Origin: a virus
Lineage: Duplodnaviria; Caudoviricetes
Length of the DNA stretch: 29,370 nucleotides
IMG/VR virus record: IMGVR_UViG_3300028293_000021
Location: 1 to 29,370 of that record
Reading direction: 5' to 3' (one strand)
In this document: one piece after another, positions 1 to 7,706 of the stretch
Position numbering within the stretch: the stretch's first letter is position 1
How the letters are laid out: each line of letters starts with the position of its first letter
Translations under genes and position numbers: made by a program
The notes under the pieces: model-generated
Told to the model about the DNA's origin: nothing
What the model saw: the letters and a program-made list of their open reading frames with translations, nothing else
Databases searched by the model: none

Positions 1-1015
1 CGGCCGGGTCGTCGACGACGCGCAGCTTCCGCACGACGGTGTAGCCCCGCGGCCTGAAGATCTGCTCCCACTCGTCCTCGAACACGGCCTGCTCGGGCGG
101 CGGGCCCGGGCGCGGCATCGGCGCGGCGGGCGGCGGGCCGGGCGGCATCGGCATGCCCCCGCGCAGCATCGGCGGCAGACCCGGCGGCGGCATCCCCGCG
201 GGCATCCCCGCGGCCGGCGGCATCCCCGAGAGCCCCGGTGGCGGCAGCATCCCCAGCGGCAACCCAGGCAGGCCGGCGGGCCGTTGCGGCGGCCGGATCA
301 GCAGCAACTGCCGCGGCGTCGTCGTGACCCTCCAATACTCGGCGAGCAGCTCCTGATTGCCGGCGGCCCAGCCGGTCGGCTTGCCGCTGCCCGTGCCGCG
401 CCACTCCAGATCCGCACTGCTCGAGGCGGCACGGCTCTCGGCTTTCTTCGGCAGCAGCAGGCCGCGCCGCTTCTCGATCTCCTGCCGCGCGCCCCATTCG
501 AAGACGAACGCATACTGCATATCGCTCGCGTCCGGCTCTTTCGCGTCGGCGTCGATCAGCACCTTGTCAGGGTCCGGAATCGCCTCGATCCAGATCTCCT
601 GATTCGGCGAGCGCGGCGAACTGTAGCGCGTGGTCACCCGGCAGTAGCCATAGCTGCGCTGAATCGCGTTCTCCGCAGCGGTCAGATAGGCGATCTCGGC
701 GTGGCTGCGATACTCGACCTCGCGGGCCTTGTCCTGATACCAGCGGGCGCCGTCATCGTTCGCCCCGTTGCCGACCGGCGCAAACTTCATCCCGCGGGGG
801 TTCGCACGCAGGCCGTTAATGACGTGGTTGAAGTACTGGCCCATTTCCTCCGGTTCAATGGTTGGCCGGTTCTTCCGCAGCTTGCGGTCGGCGTCGTCCC
901 ACGGATCGCCGCCGACGAAGCGCATGTCGGTTTCGGCCTCGGTGCGGATGTCCTGCCAGTTGGCCTCGCTGTAGGCTTTGCGCTCGAGCAGTTCCTGCAG
1001 AATCGGATCAGGCAC
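1..1015 (-). CDS. Portal protein, P22 gp1-like (N-terminal part, runs off the window start)
   Basis: Absent from the ORF track because it is open-ended. Manual translation from GTG 1015 gives VPDPILQELLERKAYSEANWQDIRTEAETDMRFVGGDPWDDADRKLRKNRPTI...AENAIQRSYGYCRV...VLIDADAKEPDASDMQYAFVFEW...LAEYW, typical of P22-like portals; lies downstream of TerL. Confidence 0.88.
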   Translation of the reverse strand, partial: MPDPILQELLERKAYSEANWQDIRTEAETDMRFVGGDPWDDADRKLRKNRPTIEPEEMGQYFNHVINGLRANPRGMKFAPVGNGANDDGARWYQDKAREVEYRSHAEIAYLTAAENAIQRSYGYCRVTTRYSSPRSPNQEIWIEAIPDPDKVLIDADAKEPDASDMQYAFVFEWGARQEIEKRRGLLLPKKAESRAASSSADLEWRGTGSGKPTGWAAGNQELLAEYWRVTTTPRQLLLIRPPQRPAGLPGLPLGMLPPPGLSGMPPAAGMPAGMPPPGLPPMLRGGMPMPPGPPPAAPMPRPGPPPEQAVFEDEWEQIFRPRGYTVVRKLRVVDDPA

Positions 1016-1017
1016 GG

Positions 1018-1281
1018 TTAGGCCGTCCGGCTGAAGAGGCGATCGGTGCAGCCGCACCGCAGCACGGCCCCGCCGGGCGCGTGGAAATCGACCGCCAGGT
1101 GAATCGTCGGATCGGGACAGGTCATTTGGCCGCACCGGAGCTGCAGCTTGTCGCCGTGGACATTGAAGTCTTTCGCGCAGCGGTCGAGATGCTTCCGCTC
1201 GTCGGTCGTCCAGACGACACGGCGGCGCGTGCTGATCAGCAGGGTATCGGCGTCGAGCGAGGCGCCGGCGTGCGGACCCAT
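1018..1281 (-). CDS. Hypothetical Cys-containing protein (87 aa)
   Basis: ATG 1281 preceded by GAAAGG; CxxxxC and CxC motifs; stop 2 nt before the portal start. Confidence 0.65.
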   Translation of the reverse strand: MGPHAGASLDADTLLISTRRRVVWTTDERKHLDRCAKDFNVHGDKLQLRCGQMTCPDPTIHLAVDFHAPGGAVLRCGCTDRLFSRTA

Positions 1282-1311
1282 CGAGCCTTTCCGTCGGGGG
1301 GGGGTGCGGCC

Positions 1312-1341
1312 AGTGTGCCGAGGCGGCGGGGCGCCGCGCAA
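1312..1341 (-). promoter_or_regulatory. Possible sigma70-type promoter for head genes (TTGCGC-N18-CACACT)
   Basis: Hexamers lie in a short intergenic gap upstream of the portal operon; imperfect match. Confidence 0.3.
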
Positions 1342-1344
1342 GGA

Positions 1345-1752
1345 TTATTCGGGCAGGGCGACGCCGCCACCGGGTAGCCCCACGGTGCTCGCCACTAGCG
1401 CCTGCTCCATGCGGGCTCTTCGCGCGGTGTATTGCTCCGGAAACGACAGCTGCTGGTAGTGGGTCAGCCATGCCTGTACTACGGCCCAAGCGTCAGGATC
1501 CGCGCGATATGGGACCACCGCACGCAATGTGCGTAGGGACACCTTCCCGAAATTCCTGATCCGCAGCAGGTAGCGATCAGGGGTAACGGCAATGTCTTGC
1601 GCGAGACAGAGGCCGACATTTACCAGCGCGTTATACACGCGCACCCCCGACGCCAACTCCAACACATCGTCCAACACTCGCTCATCCCTCGACACCATGA
1701 CCGACGCGAGCGTCACCTCGACCTCACGACCGCAGTATGGACAGTGAGCCAT
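1345..1752 (-). CDS. RNA polymerase alpha-subunit C-terminal domain (alpha-CTD)-like protein with N-terminal CPYC motif
   Basis: LELASGVRVYNALVNVGL...DIAVTPDRYLLRIRNFGKVSLRTL matches the alpha-CTD signature (LELSVRS.NCL...G...L...LLKI.NFG.KSL.EI); ATG overlaps the TerL stop (TGATG). Confidence 0.8.
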   Translation of the reverse strand: MAHCPYCGREVEVTLASVMVSRDERVLDDVLELASGVRVYNALVNVGLCLAQDIAVTPDRYLLRIRNFGKVSLRTLRAVVPYRADPDAWAVVQAWLTHYQQLSFPEQYTARRARMEQALVASTVGLPGGGVALPE

Positions 1753-3245
1753 CAGCCCCACGTACTCGCCACCGGCCGCGCCTGGCGCGTGACCGTGACG
1801 GCCGGCTGCGGCGGCGCGACCGCCTGCGCGAACGTCAAACAGAAAGCATCGGCATCGTCCGGTGACGCCTCGCCCCGCGCCTGCAGCGACTCTTTGCTCT
1901 CGAGCACCAACCGCGACCGCCGGTTGAGATGAAACCCCGGCAGGCTCAGTTGATCACAGAGCGCGTCATCGTCCGGCAGCGTGCCGAGCAACAGCCACTC
2001 CTTCGCCTTCGCCCACATGTAGGCGCGCATGTTTTCCTGATGGCTGTCGGGGGAGGCGCCGCCGAAATTCACCTCGTAGACGTTGTTATAGCCGAGCGCC
2101 TGCAACCGCACGACGATCGGGCTGCCGAACGCGCTGTCGACGAACAGGGCGGCAATCTGGTGCCCCGGCCGGCGGTCCGCGAGCAGCTCCGCGCAGATCC
2201 CGATCCGCTGCGAGCGGTCAGGATCAGCCTCACCGGGAATGCGAATCGCGGGGCGGGCGTTGCCGTCCAGCCCGCGCCGGAACCGAATCACGTTCCACGC
2301 CTTGCCGCCGCCGCTCACGTCGAACCCCGCGACCAGCGGCTCATCGTCCCCAGCCTTGTAGGACCGGCCGCGCGCGAGGTGCACCCGCTGCGTGTCGATG
2401 TACTGGAGCTCCGAGGCGCGCGGCGGCAGGCCGAGCACGCGCACGCGAAACATGTCGCTGTCTTCGCCGTAGTCCTCGGCGATCTGCGCGAGCAGCGCCT
2501 GGTTCGTGAAGCGCGACGTGCGAGCATCGACCCGACGATGGTTCCATCGGCCGGCGACGTCGCCCTGACAGATGCGATAGAAGTAGCCGGTATTGCGGAC
2601 CAACTGCCCCCACGCGAAGATCATCGGCTCGCCATCGGTCAGCCCGCCCGGGTCAGCCGTCATCCAGATGCGATCGTCGACTTCGCTCGCCTCATCGATC
2701 AGGTACCACGAGGTGCTCGTTTTGGCGTGCTGGCCGGCGAAGGATTGCGCGTTCTCGGGCCGGCAGGTTTGCGGGATCAGCTTCCACGACATCGGCCGCC
2801 AGATCGAATAGATGCCGGTCGCTTGCTGATGGAACCAGTGCGCGGTGAGGCAGAGCGCCAGCCAGTAGCGAATGGCGGCCCAGGTGCGCTCGGTGAGCTG
2901 CGTATTCGTCCCGGCGGTGACGGTGCCGATCGAGTCGGGGCGCGTCGAGAGAATGAACGCGGCGAGCATGCCGCCAAGGGCGCTCTTCCCAGTCCCGTGA
3001 CCGGAGCTCGCGGCCATCCGGATCGGCAGGACGGCGTCGCGCCCATTGAACCCTCGCGCGCGGATTTCGGCGCCGAGCGCCTCGAGAAATTCCGTCTGCA
3101 CGGCGTCGGGCCCGGGCTCATCGACGAGCGGGGTGCCGGGTTCACCCCACGGGAAGCACTGCCGGACGAACGCCAGCGGATCGGCGTAACAGGACGCGAC
3201 CAGATCCTGCAGCGCCTCGTCATCGGTCTGAGTCGCGGCGGTCAC
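1752..3245 (-). CDS. terL: Terminase large subunit
   Basis: Walker A SGHGTGKS, Walker B YLIDEAS, nuclease motifs AGFDVSGGG and SPDDADAF; 497 aa. Confidence 0.95.
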   Translation of the reverse strand: MTAATQTDDEALQDLVASCYADPLAFVRQCFPWGEPGTPLVDEPGPDAVQTEFLEALGAEIRARGFNGRDAVLPIRMAASSGHGTGKSALGGMLAAFILSTRPDSIGTVTAGTNTQLTERTWAAIRYWLALCLTAHWFHQQATGIYSIWRPMSWKLIPQTCRPENAQSFAGQHAKTSTSWYLIDEASEVDDRIWMTADPGGLTDGEPMIFAWGQLVRNTGYFYRICQGDVAGRWNHRRVDARTSRFTNQALLAQIAEDYGEDSDMFRVRVLGLPPRASELQYIDTQRVHLARGRSYKAGDDEPLVAGFDVSGGGKAWNVIRFRRGLDGNARPAIRIPGEADPDRSQRIGICAELLADRRPGHQIAALFVDSAFGSPIVVRLQALGYNNVYEVNFGGASPDSHQENMRAYMWAKAKEWLLLGTLPDDDALCDQLSLPGFHLNRRSRLVLESKESLQARGEASPDDADAFCLTFAQAVAPPQPAVTVTRQARPVASTWG

Positions 3246-3442
3246 ACGCGCCTACGCTCCCGCTCCTGCTGGAGCGTGCAGGCCAGTCGTTCCACATCTT
3301 GCCGTCGAAAGAGTCGCGCTCCGGTCGATGTGCGAACGCAGGGCAGTTCCCCGCGGTCGGCCATCGCCCGCACGGTCATCTCCGCGACCTTCAAAAGATG
3401 GGCGGTCGGTGACGTTGTTAAAAGGTCTTCGTCGTCCGTCAT
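3242..3442 (-). CDS. Small MerR/excisionase-like (HTH_17) DNA-binding protein
   Basis: LLTTSPTAHLLKVAEMTVRAMADRGELPCVRTSTGARLFRRQDVE; AAGGA RBS before ATG 3442; GTGA overlap with terL. Confidence 0.8.
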   Translation of the reverse strand: MTDDEDLLTTSPTAHLLKVAEMTVRAMADRGELPCVRTSTGARLFRRQDVERLACTLQQERERRRV

Positions 3443-3482
3443 CGTCGGTCCTTGTCCAGTTCGGCCGTGGCCGGCGTCGACA

Positions 3483-3779
3483 TCATTTCCCCCCATCCCA
3501 GACCACGAGATACACCCGGCGCTCAATCACGCGCTCCCGCACCACGACCACCGTCCCGGCCCCCGCTGGCGCGTGCGCCGCGTCGACCTGCTGCCAGCAC
3601 GGCCCGCAGAGGCTCTCGCGCGTCTCCGCCTCCACGCCACACCGCCGGCAGGTCCGCCGCGGGACATGCACGGGCGCCACGTAGGTGCCCTGCGCCCGGT
3701 CGCACGCACGACAGAGCCCCCGCGGCCATTGTGCCCGTTTCACGCCGCACTGTAGGCAGGGCCGGTCGTCCCCGGGCAT
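3483..3779 (-). CDS. Zinc-finger protein (4 CxxC)
   Basis: CLQC, CRAC, CRRC, CGPC; GGAGG RBS. Confidence 0.7.
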   Translation of the reverse strand: MPGDDRPCLQCGVKRAQWPRGLCRACDRAQGTYVAPVHVPRRTCRRCGVEAETRESLCGPCWQQVDAAHAPAGAGTVVVVRERVIERRVYLVVWDGGK

Positions 3780-3794
3780 TTCGTTCGCCTCCGG

Positions 3795-4343
3795 TCAGCG
3801 TCCTGGCTGGTTGCGCTCCTTGAGGAGCTGCGCGCCGCGCGCCCGCGCCGCGGCAATCTTCGCCGTCAGACTCACCGCCCCCGACACCTCGACCCGATCG
3901 ACCAGCAAGGCGAAATGCCGCGCCAGGTCATTCAGCGCCCGCGTCTTGTCCCAGAGTTTGACTTTGAGTACGCGATCGATCTTCCCGTCGCCGGCCTCGG
4001 CATTCTTCAGCACGACCTCGCAGGCCGCGATGGCCGCCGCCGCATCGTCGCTCAGGTCGTGCAACGGAATCAGCTCGCCGGCCGGCGTGAACAGTTGCCG
4101 GATGTCCGAGAAGGCGAGCCGCCGATACTCCTCGAGCACGCGCTCGGCGGTGAGCTCGGCTTTCGCGAGCTTGCGCGCCGTGCGCCGCTGGATCTCGGCC
4201 TGGACGGCCCCGTTGCCCAACAGCCGCGGACCCTGCACATCGGCCGTCGTGCGGCTGTAGCCGGCGCGGATGGCGGCCTGCGTGGCGTTGAGGTCGACCA
4301 GATACTCGGCGACGAACCGTTGCCGCTTCGCACTCAGGGCCAT
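3795..4343 (-). CDS. terS: Terminase small subunit
   Basis: KRQRFVAEYLVDLNATQAAIRAGYS..TA...GPRLL signature (Terminase_2-type); KLWDKTRAL motif. Confidence 0.95.
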   Translation of the reverse strand: MALSAKRQRFVAEYLVDLNATQAAIRAGYSRTTADVQGPRLLGNGAVQAEIQRRTARKLAKAELTAERVLEEYRRLAFSDIRQLFTPAGELIPLHDLSDDAAAAIAACEVVLKNAEAGDGKIDRVLKVKLWDKTRALNDLARHFALLVDRVEVSGAVSLTAKIAAARARGAQLLKERNQPGR

Positions 4344-4347
4344 CGCG

Positions 4348-4428
4348 TCACCGTTTACCGATCAGACCGACCGCCCACAGGCCGACCAGCACCGCCACCA
4401 CCACCAGCACGAGATACGACAGGGTCAT
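4348..4428 (-). CDS. 26-aa single-TM membrane peptide
   Basis: Manual translation MTLSYLVLVVVAVLVGLWAVGLIGKR; packs tightly between neighbours; below ORF-track cutoff. Confidence 0.5.
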   Translation of the reverse strand: MTLSYLVLVVVAVLVGLWAVGLIGKR

Positions 4429-4434
4429 GGGGCG

Positions 4435-4575
4435 TCAGACGAGAAACAGCGTCGCAATCCAGCAGGCGAGCCCGGCGGATTGCAGGTTGCACCGCGGCGG
4501 TGACGGCACGCCGAGCGCGGACAACACAAAGCACACGAACGCAAAGACCAACAGGAGCAAGCGGAGCATCGGCAT
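4435..4575 (-). CDS. 46-aa two-TM membrane protein (holin-like candidate)
   Basis: MPMLRLLLLVFAFVCFVLSALGVPSPPRCNLQSAGLACWIATLFLV; strong AAGGAGG RBS. Confidence 0.65.
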   Translation of the reverse strand: MPMLRLLLLVFAFVCFVLSALGVPSPPRCNLQSAGLACWIATLFLV

Positions 4576-4592
4576 GGCGTCCTCCTTCTCGG

Positions 4593-5036
4593 TTACGGCG
4601 TGACTCGCGCTTTGGCTGCCTTGCGCCGCTTCGCCGCCTTGCGGGCGCGGTCCTTCGCCGCCTGGGCTCGAGAGCGCGCAAAGAGAGCGAGTACGAAGGC
4701 GTGGGCATCCTTTAGTGACGAAAACATCTGATACGTCGCAAATTGCCAGACGCGGCCCCCGGTGCCGTCATCCGTTTCCAGGCAGGTGATGCTCTGGAAC
4801 CCGCTCTTCTCACTCCAGTCCGAATCATGAATGATGCCGTTGATGGTGATCGGTTCTGGATGCGTCCACTTCCGGTTCGGGCTGCCACTATGCTGGTTGA
4901 GTTCAATCAGCCACGCCACCACGGGCCAGCGTTCGGTGCAGATCGAGGCGTCGTCAAAGCTGTAAAACCGGATCACGGCTGTGTGTGTCGTATCCGGCAC
5001 GACGACCGGCGCCAAATACCGCCACGACAACGCCAT
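4593..5036 (-). CDS. Hypothetical protein
   Basis: 147 aa, protein-like composition, fits the operon. Confidence 0.65.
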   Translation of the reverse strand: MALSWRYLAPVVVPDTTHTAVIRFYSFDDASICTERWPVVAWLIELNQHSGSPNRKWTHPEPITINGIIHDSDWSEKSGFQSITCLETDDGTGGRVWQFATYQMFSSLKDAHAFVLALFARSRAQAAKDRARKAAKRRKAAKARVTP

Positions 5037-5052
5037 AGTTTCACAACGGCGA

Positions 5053-5313
5053 TTACGGCGTGGGGTCGCTGCCGGTCAGCACGATCGGGCACTTGCCGAC
5101 GAACGGCAGATCGACATACCCGCGCATCAGGCGCCGCTCGACCGGCGTCACCAGCAATGCCTCGAGGTCGTCGAGGCGCCGGCCGAGCGCCTGCATCCGG
5201 AGGTGCTCCGTATCGGCGAGCTCGGTGATCATGTCCTCGAGATGCGCGAGGCGCGCCGCAAGGGCGGCCAGCCGCGCCGCTGTGTCGGTCGGGACGGTGA
5301 GGGTATCGGGCAT
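5053..5313 (-). CDS. Hypothetical coiled-coil protein
   Basis: AAGGAG RBS; heptad-like ARLAALAARLAHLEDMITELAD. Confidence 0.7.
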   Translation of the reverse strand: MPDTLTVPTDTAARLAALAARLAHLEDMITELADTEHLRMQALGRRLDDLEALLVTPVERRLMRGYVDLPFVGKCPIVLTGSDPTP

Positions 5314-5492
5314 AGAGACTCCTTCAGGCGGCGTCCAGCGCGCCGCTCGCTTTCTTCGTAGAGCGCCAGCCAGCAGAGCTCACGACAGACGCGGGCCTGC
5401 GGATCGAGGTAGAAGCAGACCCAGCCGCGCCGGCGCAGCCAGGCGGCCATCCAGCGGTTCGGCGCGGTCCACACGTTCTGCCACAGGATCAT
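5229..5492 (-). CDS. Hypothetical Trp-rich protein (3' end uncertain)
   Basis: ATG overlaps the upstream stop (TAATG); MILWQNVWTAPNRWMAAWLRRRGWVCFY; overlaps the next gene by about 85 nt. Confidence 0.5.
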   Translation of the reverse strand: MILWQNVWTAPNRWMAAWLRRRGWVCFYLDPQARVCRELCWLALYEESERRAGRRLKESLCPIPSPSRPTQRRGWPPLRRASRISRT

Positions 5493-5980
5493 TACGAAGC
5501 AATCTCCTGCGCCCGCATCCCCGCATACCGGCGCAGTTCGCGCGCATGTTCGGCGAGCGTGACCGAGTTGCGTTCGAACTGTGCGGCTTTGGCGAGGAGT
5601 TCCTCTACGGTGGCTTGTTCGGTGGGAACCTCGACGTCGACACCGTCGCGTCGCCAGACGTATTGCGATCGAAGCAGGTTGAAACCCGGCAAAAACGGCT
5701 CGTGCTCGTCGCCGCTGGTGTCGGCCGGCTCGAGGTCGTTGATGCACGCGGTCACCAGTTTGCGCGTGTGTGTGTAGCCACAGAAGCGCCAGAACGCGAC
5801 GTCTTCTGGCTCGACCGTCTGCCTGTCGTCGTCACTCTGATACGCGAGGCCGGCGTGGTGATCCTTGCAGATGGTCTGTGTCACCCACGCCGGATGGACC
5901 GGCTTGCGGCGCGCCCGGAGTGAATCGATCTGTTTTTGAATGGTCGCGCGAAGCTCTGTCTCGGTGTATTTCCTCAGCAT
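5492..5980 (-). CDS. Hypothetical phage protein
   Basis: GGAGG RBS, ATG 5980 overlapping the upstream stop; MLRKYTETELRATIQKQ... Confidence 0.7.
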   Translation of the reverse strand: MLRKYTETELRATIQKQIDSLRARRKPVHPAWVTQTICKDHHAGLAYQSDDDRQTVEPEDVAFWRFCGYTHTRKLVTACINDLEPADTSGDEHEPFLPGFNLLRSQYVWRRDGVDVEVPTEQATVEELLAKAAQFERNSVTLAEHARELRRYAGMRAQEIAS

Positions 5981-6642
5981 TGGGCGGCCTCCGATGGAAG
6001 ATGAGCCAGTAAGGTGTTTATCCACGACTCCACGACCGCAGCATCGGCGCGCAACAACCCCACTTCATGCGGCAAGACGGCGCGGCCGACGACCGGCGCC
6101 GGATGTTGTTCGCAGAAGACGGCGAGCTCATGGAGCACCCCGAGAATATGCGTCGCCTCACGGAACTTCTCGGGCTGCGGCGGCTTCGAGGTTTTGCCTA
6201 ACTCAGCGAGCTGCGTCACGGTGGCCGGCGGCGAGTCCTCGACCGCGGCCTCAAAGTCCTCAGCAGGCACGTTCGCTACGCGTACGGCTTGCTTTTCCTG
6301 ATGCTCGGACATCCCAGCTTGTTCGGCCGCTTGCCGTTGTGTAATAGGGTGGGCGCCCGCCCCATTCTTCCTCGGTGCCCCGACGCCCTTGTTGAAGGTC
6401 TCCAGCAATTCGCCGCACCGACGGATCGCCCTGGCGCTGATGCGCGTCGCGAAATCGTGGAGGGTGGTGTCGTCGGCCTGCTTCGCGTAACTCGCGATGG
6501 CCGCCATCTTGTCCGACCAATCCTTGCACTCGTCAATGCGGTTGCACCGCGCGAGAGCCTCAGTGGCGGCCTGGTAGTTCGCCGGCAACGCCGCCGCGCT
6601 GATGCTCGGGAGCTCCTGCCCGCGGACCCTTGTCAGTTCCAT
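5974..6642 (-). CDS. Phage protein with probable HTH (function unknown)
   Basis: LPANYQAATEALARCNRIDECKDWSDK..AIASYAKQA.D...RISARAIRRCGELL, a motif I recall from phage proteins; TQRQAAEQAGMSEHQ looks HTH-like. Confidence 0.75.
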   Translation of the reverse strand: MELTRVRGQELPSISAAALPANYQAATEALARCNRIDECKDWSDKMAAIASYAKQADDTTLHDFATRISARAIRRCGELLETFNKGVGAPRKNGAGAHPITQRQAAEQAGMSEHQEKQAVRVANVPAEDFEAAVEDSPPATVTQLAELGKTSKPPQPEKFREATHILGVLHELAVFCEQHPAPVVGRAVLPHEVGLLRADAAVVESWINTLLAHLPSEAAQC

Positions 6643-6893
6643 CAGCCGAGCCCTCCGATCGGCTCGAGCATTTTCCGCACGTTGCCGCGCGTCCGCGCCA
6701 ACACGATCCCGGCGGCGAGCGCGTGCATTTCCTCATCGGAGAGCAGTAACCAGTTGAGCGTCTTCTGCTGCGCCCGCAGGTAGCCATACTGCCGCGCGTT
6801 CCACGCCTGCGCCTCGTCACGGACCCGCCGGCCGGTTCTGACCCGGTCGTTACCGGGTCGTCCCTTCGGCATCGTCAGTGCTGCGCGCGTCAT
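6642..6893 (-). CDS. Hypothetical protein
   Basis: ATGA overlap with the upstream gene, TGATG overlap downstream. Confidence 0.55.
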   Translation of the reverse strand: MTRAALTMPKGRPGNDRVRTGRRVRDEAQAWNARQYGYLRAQQKTLNWLLLSDEEMHALAAGIVLARTRGNVRKMLEPIGGLG

Positions 6894-7066
6894 GCGGGCG
6901 CCCGGCAACCGCGGCGCTTGGCGCGTGCGGCTGCCGCCACCCGCTGCCGATGATGCGCCAGGCAGTCGGCGCAGTAGACGCGCGTCGACCGCGGACCGCC
7001 GCACCCGGGACACTGGCCGGCCCGTTTTCGGCGGTAGTAAATCTGCTCGACATCATGCTTCGCCAT
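6890..7066 (-). CDS. 58-aa basic zinc-finger protein
   Basis: Manual translation MAKHDVEQIYYRRKRAGQCPGCGGPRSTRVYCADCLAHHRQRV...; GGAG upstream; overlaps both neighbours. Confidence 0.65.
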   Translation of the reverse strand: MAKHDVEQIYYRRKRAGQCPGCGGPRSTRVYCADCLAHHRQRVAAAARAKRRGCRAPA

Positions 7067-7697
7067 GATGGAGCTCCAACTCCGGCTGCTGGTGAATCTG
7101 CGTGTGCCAGTCGGCGACTTTCGGAATGTTCGTATCCGGATACATCGAAAACCCCGTGCCGTCGATCGAATCCGCGCCCGCCTTCAGCGCCAATTCGTAG
7201 CGCCGCTTTCCATTCACGCGGCCCCAATGCACCCAGATCCCGCGGGACTTCGCGTAGCCACACAGCCCGCGCACGTACTCGCTTTCCTTGAACTCGGTCG
7301 TCCCGCCGATAAACAACGCGCCGCGTCCGTCCTTGAGGTTCGGCATCCGCTCTGGCGTCAACCCGTCCTGCGCGACGAACGCCGGAATCCAGCCCAACCC
7401 TCGGAGCAACCGTGACCAGAACGACCAGCGAGCGAGCGTCGCCGCCGCATCGCCCACGACATCAGGCGCCGTGACAAACCGACACGTCTGATACCCCGGA
7501 TACCCCTGATACGGCTGATACCTCTCCAACATTCGCATGTAGGCGCCTTCGTCGAAGCCGCTGAACGCCCCGTTGTCCATCGCCCACGGCACGGACAGGT
7601 CGAGTGTCGCGGGGTCGTTCCACTGCCGAGGCACGACGAGGTGCCCGACCGATGCCGATCGGGTGAATCTGGTCGCCCCTGACACGAACACAATCAA
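7053..7697 (-). CDS. DpdA/tRNA-guanine transglycosylase-like protein (putative DNA 7-deazaguanine inserting enzyme)
   Basis: WAMDNGAF, APDVVGD, AFVAQDG, LFIGG, VHWGRVN, ADSIDGTG resemble TGT/DpdA-fold catalytic motifs. Confidence 0.7.
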   Translation of the reverse strand: MIVFVSGATRFTRSASVGHLVVPRQWNDPATLDLSVPWAMDNGAFSGFDEGAYMRMLERYQPYQGYPGYQTCRFVTAPDVVGDAAATLARWSFWSRLLRGLGWIPAFVAQDGLTPERMPNLKDGRGALFIGGTTEFKESEYVRGLCGYAKSRGIWVHWGRVNGKRRYELALKAGADSIDGTGFSMYPDTNIPKVADWHTQIHQQPELELHHGEA

Positions 7698-7706
7698 CGC
7701 TGGGCC

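Noticed and set aside
1929-3755. 608-aa plus-strand ORF and similar long ORFs (284-1021, 18664-20034, 23269-24474, 25577-26821)
   Set aside because: Antisense shadows of motif-bearing minus-strand genes in high-GC DNA.
6850-7263. 137-aa ORF from the track
   Set aside because: A different frame (6890-7066) gives a coupled zinc-finger protein and is more credible.
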